Positions 8,892 through 15,841 of a stretch of DNA of 64,000 nucleotides are shown here, piece by piece (position 1 is the first letter of the stretch; each line of letters opens with the position of its first letter). Under the pieces are notes generated by a model that was given only the letters and a program-made list of their open reading frames with translations, ran no database searches and had not been told where the DNA came from. The position numbers were made by a program, and so were the translations under genes. The DNA lies in the NCBI GenBank assembly GCA_963822135.1, contig CAWGGI010000004.1:32812-96811 (forward strand), written 5' to 3'. This DNA comes from an uncultured Actinomycetota bacterium (GTDB lineage: Bacteria; Actinomycetota; Thermoleophilia; RBG-16-64-13).

Positions 8892-9990
8892 CGTCCGGCA
8901 GCTTGCCACCGATCACTTGCGGCGAGAGTTCGGACAGGGCCTGGAAGAACGCCTCCAGGCTCACCCGGGCGTCGACGGCCGTGGTGTATCTCCAGGTGAT
9001 GTTCTGGAGCGAGGCGGTCATGACCGCGGCTTTCAGGCCGAGCTGAGGCAACTGCGTCTCCACCAGTTGACCGGCCTCTTCCGGGTTGTCGAGCATCCAA
9101 CTCACCGCCGCCTGATATTCCCTCAGGAACGCGGCGATCACCTCGGGCTTGTCGAGCACCGAGGCGGTGGCGATCGTACCGGCGATGGGGCTCTCGGTGC
9201 CACCGGAGGCCTCCACCCAGGCCTGGTCGAAGGCAAGGGCCCGGTGCAGAGGCTTGTCGGCCGTCTTGGTCTGGAGGAGGACGGCGGTGGCCAAGGCCTC
9301 GCTGAGGACGGCGTTGTCCACCTGGCCGGAGACCAGCAGTTGCGCCGCCTGCGTGGGGTCGGTGGCGTAACGCAGGCCGAAATCCTTCTGGGGGTCGAGT
9401 CCCTCCGCTTTGGCGATGTACTGGAACATCAGATCGGGGACGCTCCCCTCGAAAGGCACCACCAAGGACTGACCCTTGATGTCGGCGAAGCTGGCTGCAT
9501 CGGGATCCCTGGTGATGAGATAGGTGATGTTCCACACCGAGATATCGAGCAGCTGCAGCTCTATGCCTTTGTTGTAGAAGATGGCGGAGTTGTTCGAGGG
9601 CAGGGTGACGAAATCACCCTGGCCGCCGGCCACATAGGCCATGAGTTGGTCCGGGTTCTCCCAGATGACCACTTCGGTCTTCTCAGCGACGTCCGCAAGC
9701 TTGTTGTTGACCGCCATGTAGGCGAGCGGTATGGCCATCGGGCCGGGCGGCGCCACCAGGGTCAGCTTCTCGAGCTTGGGGGCAGCTGCCGAGGTCGTGG
9801 TGGCTGCCTCCGAGGTAGTGGTGGGCGCTGCAGTAGTAGTGGGGGCGGCAGACGTCGTAGGGCCGACAGTAGTGACCGCGCCGGTCGTGGTGGTCTCTTC
9901 CGAAGTGCCGCAGCCGACAACACCCACCGCGAGCACCAGGACGACAGCTAGAACGCCGACGACGCCAAGACACCTCATGCGCTTGATCAT
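8863..9990 (-). CDS. ABC transporter substrate-binding lipoprotein (NMT1/THI5-like, NitT/TauT family)
   Basis: Lipobox LAVGVVGC, then a long Thr/Ala/Pro linker and a periplasmic-binding fold. The ATG at 9990 overlaps the upstream stop (ATGA). Confidence 0.7.
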   Translation of the reverse strand: MIKRMRCLGVVGVLAVVLVLAVGVVGCGTSEETTTTGAVTTVGPTTSAAPTTTAAPTTTSEAATTTSAAAPKLEKLTLVAPPGPMAIPLAYMAVNNKLADVAEKTEVVIWENPDQLMAYVAGGQGDFVTLPSNNSAIFYNKGIELQLLDISVWNITYLITRDPDAASFADIKGQSLVVPFEGSVPDLMFQYIAKAEGLDPQKDFGLRYATDPTQAAQLLVSGQVDNAVLSEALATAVLLQTKTADKPLHRALAFDQAWVEASGGTESPIAGTIATASVLDKPEVIAAFLREYQAAVSWMLDNPEEAGQLVETQLPQLGLKAAVMTASLQNITWRYTTAVDARVSLEAFFQALSELSPQVIGGKLPDDGFYFNYTP

Positions 9991-10235
9991 TCGGCGAAAT
10001 CCATCCTCTGCAGCCCGACGCCCTTGAGCTCGCCCAGTTCCCGGTAGAAAGCCTCGGCCTCGTCGCCGAAGACGTCGATCAGCACCAGTCCGCTCGGGGA
10101 GCAGCTGGTCATGTCGGCGTCGTGGATGCCCAGGCGGGTACGGATATTGCATCCGTACTTGGTGAGCACCGCCTGGACGGCGGGGACGTTCTCAGTCCTC
10201 TGCGAGATATGGACGCCGAAGATAGTGTGTTTCAT
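9987..10235 (-). CDS. Small ACT-like regulatory protein, resembling the TM1266 ('iron-only hydrogenase system regulator') family
   Basis: 82 aa. The beta-alpha-beta-beta-alpha-beta-like pattern IFGVHISQR...VQAVLTKYGCNIRTRLGI...GLVLIDVFGD...ELGELKGVGLQRM is assigned by recalled similarity only. Confidence 0.45.
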   Translation of the reverse strand: MKHTIFGVHISQRTENVPAVQAVLTKYGCNIRTRLGIHDADMTSCSPSGLVLIDVFGDEAEAFYRELGELKGVGLQRMDFAE

Positions 10236-10341
10236 GACCCCTCCATCAGTACCGGTTTGCCGGGCGCTTGACGCAGATGCAAGTGTAACCTGCCGAACGG
10301 GCCTGTGTACCGGCCGGCCGGCGATTCACCGCTCGTGCCTG

Positions 10342-10370
10342 TTGACGAGATATCCCCAGAAGAGTAGATT
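10342..10370 (+). promoter_or_regulatory. Sigma-70-type promoter of rex: TTGACG - 17 nt - TAGATT
   Basis: Hexamers at 10342-10347 and 10365-10370 with a 17-nt spacer, 47 nt upstream of the rex start, in a locally AT-richer patch. Confidence 0.45.
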
Positions 10371-10405
10371 GTGAAACGCATAACAACGTTGTGACGAGCG
10401 TAACA
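10369..10405 (+). promoter_or_regulatory. Two tandem Rex-operator-like sites overlapping the -10 and transcription start region
   Basis: TTGTGAAACGCATAACAA (10369-10386) and TTGTGACGAGCGTAACA (10389-10405). Compare the Rex consensus TTGTGAA-N4/6-TTCACAA; the right half-sites are degenerate. Confidence 0.4.
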
Positions 10406-10416
10406 CTGGGGAAAGA

Positions 10417-11496
10417 GTGGCGACTGTCGCGAAGCCCGTGGTCTCGCGGAGGACGGTGCAGAGGCTCAGCCTCTATAGGCGCCTGCTCACCGACCTCAAG
10501 AGGACCGGCACTACCAGCATCTACTCCCACCAACTCGCCCATCTCGCCGGGGTGAGCGCCGCGCAGGTGCGCAGGGACTTCATGGTGATCGGCTACTCGG
10601 GCAGTCCCAACCGTGGCTATCAACTCGACACCTGCCTGGCCAGCATCGAGGACCTCCTCGACGGGACCACGCGACAGGATGTGGCCCTCGTCGGTCTCGG
10701 TCGGCTCGGGCACTCCGTCCTGGCGCACTTCGCCGGCCGACGCCCGCTCCTGAGGATCGCCGCCGGCTTCGACACCGATCCAGGGCTCATCGGCACCTCG
10801 GTGGAGGGGTGCCCCGTGTATGCGATGGCCGATCTCGAGCGCATCGTCAAGCAGAAGGCCATCAGGGTAGCCATCCTCGCAGTACCGTCGGAAAGGGCGC
10901 AGGCGGTGGCCGAGTCGCTGGTGCGGGCCGGGGTACGAAGCATCGTGGACTTCACCTCGATCCCCCTGCGCGTGCCGGAGAACGTTTTCGTGAGGCAGAT
11001 GGACATCACCTCGGCGCTGGAGACCGCAGCCTTCTTCGCCCGCCAGGAGGGGGACGGGGAGGCCGACGTCGAGAACGGGGGCGACATCGGCTCCGAAGCC
11101 GAGATGGAGCCCATCATCAACACTATCGACTCACTTCTCGCGGGGGCCGACATGAGACTGGACGAGCTCGCACTCCGGATCGGGGCCAAGGTGCTGACCC
11201 CCGGTCCCGCGGATGCACAGGTGACGAAGATCTACGCGGGCGACCGCGTCAGCGACCTCCTCAACGAGGCCTCGCGCAAGACGCTGCTGGTGACGAACCT
11301 GGCCAACCTGCAGATGGTGCGGGTGGCCGAGTTGATGGAGGTTCCGGGAATCTGTTTCGTGGACGGAGTGGAGCCGGAGTCGGACATGGTCGACCTCGCG
11401 CTGCGCAACCACACCATGCTGATGGTATCCCCGGTCGGGGTGTTCGAGACCTGCGGCCTGATCTACCAGCTGCTCACCGGGAACGGCCAGAGCTAG
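10417..11496 (+). CDS. rex: Redox-sensing repressor Rex fused to a C-terminal DRTGG-type domain
   Basis: Residues 1-215: Rex winged helix (RRTVQRLSLYRRLL, ISSHQLA-like IYSHQLAHLAGVSAAQVRRD) plus Rossmann domain (VALVGLGRLGHSVL). An acidic linker follows. Residues 235-359 parallel the stand-alone DRTGG protein at 13165 (LDELALRIGAKVLTPG...IYAGDRVSDLL...LLVTNLAN...MLMVSPVGVFETCGLIYQLL). Confidence 0.8.
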   Translation: MATVAKPVVSRRTVQRLSLYRRLLTDLKRTGTTSIYSHQLAHLAGVSAAQVRRDFMVIGYSGSPNRGYQLDTCLASIEDLLDGTTRQDVALVGLGRLGHSVLAHFAGRRPLLRIAAGFDTDPGLIGTSVEGCPVYAMADLERIVKQKAIRVAILAVPSERAQAVAESLVRAGVRSIVDFTSIPLRVPENVFVRQMDITSALETAAFFARQEGDGEADVENGGDIGSEAEMEPIINTIDSLLAGADMRLDELALRIGAKVLTPGPADAQVTKIYAGDRVSDLLNEASRKTLLVTNLANLQMVRVAELMEVPGICFVDGVEPESDMVDLALRNHTMLMVSPVGVFETCGLIYQLLTGNGQS

Positions 11497-11506
11497 GAGA
11501 ACGCAC

Positions 11507-13168
11507 GTGGTGGAGTTCGTCTCATACGACATCGAGGGCAACGACTTTCGCCAAGCCGGTGCGGCATCCCGCTCCATCAAGGAGCACCTCAAGCGCATCG
11601 GAGCCGACGCCGAGGCGATCCGACGGACGATGATCGCCGCCTACGAGGCGGAGATGAACGTGGTCATCCATTCGGCCGGGGGTCGGCTGGAAGCCTCCCT
11701 CAGCGATTCGCAGATAGATGTGAATGTCATCGACGAGGGCCCGGGGATCCCCGATATCGACCAGGCCATGACCGAAGGCTTCTCCACGGCCAGCGCCGAG
11801 GCTCGCGCGCTCGGCTTCGGAGCCGGTATGGGCCTGCCCAATATCCAGCGAAACAGCGATCGCCTGCGGGTGACATCGCGGGTGGACGAGGGCACCCGTG
11901 TGAACTTCACCATCTACCTCAAGCCCGAGACGACACGCAAGGCGCCTTCCATCTCTCTGTATGCCTCCGCCGACAAGTGCCGCGACTGCGGGGCCTGCCT
12001 CCCGGCCTGCCCCACCCACGCCATGCGCGTGTGGAGCGGCCGCCCCAGCGTGCTCGAGCACCTCTGCATCGACTGTGCCGAGTGCATCGCCGTATGCACG
12101 AGCGACGCCCTTACCGTTGCCACCGAGTTCTCGTCGTTGGAAGACTTGAGCGATCGCGAGCACATGGTGCTCGCCGTGCCCCCGGCACTGCTGGCGGGCT
12201 GCGGCCCTGAATACCCGCCGGCAGCGGTCTTCGGGACGCTGGAGGAGCTGGGCTTCGCCGCAGGTGGTCACCGTCGCACCCTACGAGGATGCTCTCCGGC
12301 AGGCCGTCCTTGCCGCAGGGTCGGGACCGCTGATCGTCCCCTCGTGCCCCGCGGTGACGAACCTCATCGAACTGCGCTTCCCCTCGCTCGTCCCGTCGCT
12401 CGCGGCCTACGACTCGCCCTGGGAGGCCGTGCAGACGGCCTACGCAGGGCGCCGAGTGGCCTACGTGGTCTCCTGCCCCAGCCAGCGCTCGGCGCTGCTG
12501 CAGCAGGCGGAGGCCGCGGCCGCCGATGGCGGCGCGCTGCCCCGGCCTGAGTTCCTTATGCCCGAATGGGTGCGACAGGCGGTAATGAAGCGGCTCACCC
12601 AAGGGGAGCAGCCCAGCCGGCCGCCTCTTCGTCGCAGGTGGCTTCGCCACAGGTGCCCGAGTCGCAGGCGGGTCCGTCGGACGCGGGTCCGTCGCAGGCC
12701 GCTTCTCCGCTCGTCGTCACCGGCGTCCGCAACGTGCTGGCCGTCCTCGAGCAGATGGAGAACGGCCTGCTGGGGGACGTCGCGATCGTGGAGCCGTATG
12801 CCTGTGAGGGAGGGTGCTTCGGCTCGCCTCTGCTCTTCGAGAGTCATCAGGTGGCGACGCGCCGCTGGGAGCAGGGAAGAGATGCGCTCAGGCTGGCCGC
12901 GGGAGGCGAGGCAGCCCTCTCGGCCCCGCCCGCGGCTCTGCGCCGGCAGCCGTTCGCCGCCCGTCCCGGCATCAGACTCGATCCGGACATGTCCGAGGCC
13001 ATCCAGAAACTCGGCAGGATCCAGATGATCCGACGCTCGTTCCCCGGCAAGGACTGCGGGGTGTGCGGAGCGCCCACCTGTGCGGCGCTGGCCGAAGACG
13101 TGGTCCTCAAACGAGCCGCTGTGGACCTGTGCCCGTACCGCTTCGAGAACACGGAGGTGGACTCGTGA
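11507..13168 (+). CDS. Putative sensory protein: RsbW/SpoIIAB-like kinase domain, 2x[4Fe-4S], [FeFe]-hydrogenase-like H-domain, C-terminal Fe-S domain (HfsC/HfsB-like fusion); two frame changes
   Basis: HATPase_c (NVVIHSAGG..., DEGPGIPD, GFGAGMGLPN). Ferredoxin motifs CRDCGACLPACP and CIDCAECIAVCT. Hydrogenase-like motifs VPSCPAV, VVSCPSQRS and YACEGGCFGSP. C-terminal CGVCGAPTCAALAEDVVLKRAAVDLC. Built from ORFs 11507.., 12264.. and 12566.., with shifts near 12265 and 12600. RBS AGGAG before the GTG at 11507. Confidence 0.7.
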
Positions 13169-13513
13169 CGCTTCACGAACTGCATCGCTGCCCTGGGTCT
13201 TCGCGAGCTCACCCCCATCGGCGACGGGAACGACGTGATCAGCCACGGATACGCCTCCGACCTGCTGAGCGACGTGCTGGCTCACGCTCCGGCGGGAGGG
13301 GTTCTGGTGACCTTGCAGGTGCATCTGAACGTCATCGCGGTGGCCAGCCACGCCGGCATGCGGGCCGTCATCTTCTCCAGCAGCCGGATGCCCGACGACG
13401 AGATCATCGAACGGGCCACCGCCGAGGGGTTGTCCCTCCTCAGCTCGTCCGCCGACACCTTCGAGATCGTGGGACGGCTGTACGAATCCGGCATCCGCGG
13501 AGGCGGGGCATAG
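13165..13513 (+). CDS. DRTGG domain protein (one frame change near 13183)
   Basis: GTG at 13165 overlaps the upstream stop (GTGA). VTLHEL / IAAALGLRELTPIGDGNDVISHGYASDLLSDVLAHA...VTLQVHLNVIAVAS...FEIVGRLYESG matches the hydrogenase-cluster DRTGG proteins. Confidence 0.65.
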
Positions 13514-13557
13514 AGCCTTGCGGAAGGAAACCATGCTTGAACGACGAGACTCCAGCG

Positions 13558-14334
13558 ATGCCAAGCCTCAGACGCTTCCGGGCCGACCTGCACATCCACA
13601 CCGGTCTTTCACCCTGTGGATCCGAGGAGATGACGCCCGCGGCGATCGTTGCGGCAGCGAAGGAGCTGGGACTTGACATGATCGCCGTCTGTGATCACAA
13701 CTCCGCGGGCAACGTCGCCGCCGTGCAGGAGGCCAACCGGCACGCGGACTCCACCCTTACCGTGCTCGCGGGTATCGAGGTGACCAGCATGGAGGAGGTC
13801 CACGTGGTGGGGCTCTTCCCCGGTGCGGCCGCGGCGGCGCGCGTCGCAGACCGGCTCCGGGATCTCCTGCCGCAGGCCGAGGGAGACTACTACTCCTACT
13901 TCGGACACCAGCTTCTTCTGGACGCGAACGGCGACCAGGTGGGAAGCGAGACGGCCGCTCTGGCCTTCGCCACCCCGCTCGACCTCACCGACACCGTGCG
14001 GCTGGTGCACGATGAGGGCGGCCTGGCTGTGGCGGCCCACGTCGACCGCCGGTCGTTCAGCGTCTTCTCGCAGTTGGGCTTCTTCCCTGCCGACGCCGGC
14101 TTCGACGCCATCGAGCTGTCCCTCAGGCGCCGTACGGAACCGTCTCGCGCAGCCGAATTCGCCCGCTTGGGCCTGCCGATGGTCGCGTCCTCGGACAGCC
14201 ACTACCTGGACGAGATCGGCAGGGCCTTCACCGACGTGTACGCGCTCGAACCCACGTTCGAAGAGCTGGCCTTGGCCTTCGCGAGCGAAGAGGGCCGGAG
14301 TGTCACTCCCGTTTGGAGGGATACCGATGCATGA
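13558..14334 (+). CDS. PHP-domain phosphoesterase (HfsD-like)
   Basis: FRADLHIHTGLSPCGS, IAVCDHNS, GIEVTS, AAHVDR and SSDSHY are the PHP metal-binding motifs. ATG at 13558 within ORF 12814..14334. Confidence 0.8.
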   Translation: MPSLRRFRADLHIHTGLSPCGSEEMTPAAIVAAAKELGLDMIAVCDHNSAGNVAAVQEANRHADSTLTVLAGIEVTSMEEVHVVGLFPGAAAAARVADRLRDLLPQAEGDYYSYFGHQLLLDANGDQVGSETAALAFATPLDLTDTVRLVHDEGGLAVAAHVDRRSFSVFSQLGFFPADAGFDAIELSLRRRTEPSRAAEFARLGLPMVASSDSHYLDEIGRAFTDVYALEPTFEELALAFASEEGRSVTPVWRDTDA

Positions 14335-14848
14335 CCTGTCGCTGTATCTGCTGGAAGTGCTGGTGAACTCCGTACGCGCGGGAGCAGGCCGGGTGGACAT
14401 CGCCGTGGTGATCGACCGCGCGACCGACCAGCTGCGGCTCACCGTGGACGACGACGGACCCGGGCTGGCGACGACGCCCGAGCAGACGCTGGACCCCTTC
14501 TACACGACCAAGCCCGGCAAGAAGACCGGCCTGGGTCTGAGCCTGTTGAAAGCCGATGCCCAGGCAGCGGGGGGCGACCTCGCCATCGGGCCTTCCCCCA
14601 CCCTCGGTGGAACCAGAGTGGAGGCCTGGATGAACTTCGACCACGTCGACCGGCCGCCGCTGGGAGATCTGGCCAGTTCCATCGTGGTGAGCGCCGTCAC
14701 CAACCCTGGAGTCGATTTCACCGTGAGTCTAGGAGGAGACGAGTTCGTCCCCCCGCTTGTCAAGGCGCCGCCCATCGAGGCTGCGTTCTTGCTCCAGCGG
14801 CACACGGAGGAACTCTCGAAGATAAACCCGAGCGAAAGGGAGTCATGA
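14327..14848 (+). CDS. Histidine-kinase-like ATPase (HATPase_c only) of [FeFe]-hydrogenase operons
   Basis: LLEVLVNSVRAG..., DDDGPGL, FYTTKPGKKTGLGLSLL. ATG at 14327 overlaps the PHP gene stop. Confidence 0.7.
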   Translation: MHDLSLYLLEVLVNSVRAGAGRVDIAVVIDRATDQLRLTVDDDGPGLATTPEQTLDPFYTTKPGKKTGLGLSLLKADAQAAGGDLAIGPSPTLGGTRVEAWMNFDHVDRPPLGDLASSIVVSAVTNPGVDFTVSLGGDEFVPPLVKAPPIEAAFLLQRHTEELSKINPSERES

Positions 14849-15435
14849 GCATGACCGACGATGTGGCAAGAGCGGACGGCTGCTCCAGCTGCGAAGAGGC
14901 TTCCGAGGAGGAGCTTCTCGCCCGCTTGGACGAGATCATCGCGAGCTACAAGGACAAGCCGGGTGCACTCATCCCGGTGCTGCAGATGGCGCAGGGCATC
15001 TTCGGCTACTTGCCCGAGGTGGCGTTGAAGCGCATCGCGAAGGGCATGCACAAGTCCTACAGCGAGGTAGCGGGTGTGGTCGGCTTCTATTCGTTCTTCT
15101 CGACCGTACCCCGAGGCCGCAACCTGGTCCGCGTCTGTCTGGGTACCGCCTGCTACGTGCGCGGAGGCATGAGGGTCCTCGAGGCCCTCAAGAAGGAGCT
15201 GGGGATCGACGTGGGCGAGACCACCGAAGACCGGGAGTTCTCCTTGGAAGTGGCGCGCTGCTTCGGCGCCTGCGGACTGGCGCCCGTCATCACCATCAAC
15301 GACGTGGTCCATCACCGGGTGAAACCCGCCCGTATCAACGAGGTGCTCGCTCAGTACGCTCCGGCGCCGGCGGCCGTCGCTGCCGAGGGCCTGACGCCGG
15401 AACCGGCGATCGCTGGGGAAAGGAGCGCCCGATGA
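14845..15435 (+). CDS. hydC: NuoE-like [2Fe-2S] subunit of NAD(P)-linked [FeFe] hydrogenase (HydC)
   Basis: ALIPVLQMAQ..., VCLGTACYVRG, ARCFGACGLAPV (the four NuoE cysteines). ATGA overlaps at both ends. Confidence 0.9.
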   Translation: MSMTDDVARADGCSSCEEASEEELLARLDEIIASYKDKPGALIPVLQMAQGIFGYLPEVALKRIAKGMHKSYSEVAGVVGFYSFFSTVPRGRNLVRVCLGTACYVRGGMRVLEALKKELGIDVGETTEDREFSLEVARCFGACGLAPVITINDVVHHRVKPARINEVLAQYAPAPAAVAAEGLTPEPAIAGERSAR

Positions 15436-15809
15436 CCGAGAAGATCAAGAGCCCGGCCGAACTGCTCGCCATGGCCGCAAAGGCGAAGGAAGACATCGAT
15501 CTTCGCTCCGGCGCCAAGGAGATCAAAGTGACCGTGCATATGGGCACCTGCGGGATCGCCGCCGGGGCCAGGGACGTAGTGGTCTCCTTCCTCACCGAGA
15601 TCGCGGACGCCGAGCTCAACAATGTCACCGTGCACCAGTCCGGCTGTGCCGGTCTCTGCGAGATGGAGCCCATGGCCACCATCCAGTTCGCGGATGGGGC
15701 TGTCTATCACTACGGTCATCTGGAGGACAGGAGCAAGGTCCGCGAGATCGTCCGCTCGCATCTCGTAGAGAACGATCCCCTGCCCGAGTACCTCGTCCAC
15801 TCGTCGTAA
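15432..15809 (+). CDS. Thioredoxin-like [2Fe-2S] ferredoxin
   Basis: VTVHMGTCGIAAGA ... QSGCAGLCEMEP pattern; 125 aa. Confidence 0.8.
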   Translation: MTEKIKSPAELLAMAAKAKEDIDLRSGAKEIKVTVHMGTCGIAAGARDVVVSFLTEIADAELNNVTVHQSGCAGLCEMEPMATIQFADGAVYHYGHLEDRSKVREIVRSHLVENDPLPEYLVHSS

Positions 15810-15841
15810 GCGTCCCGCCACCGGATAGCTAAGGAACGGAT

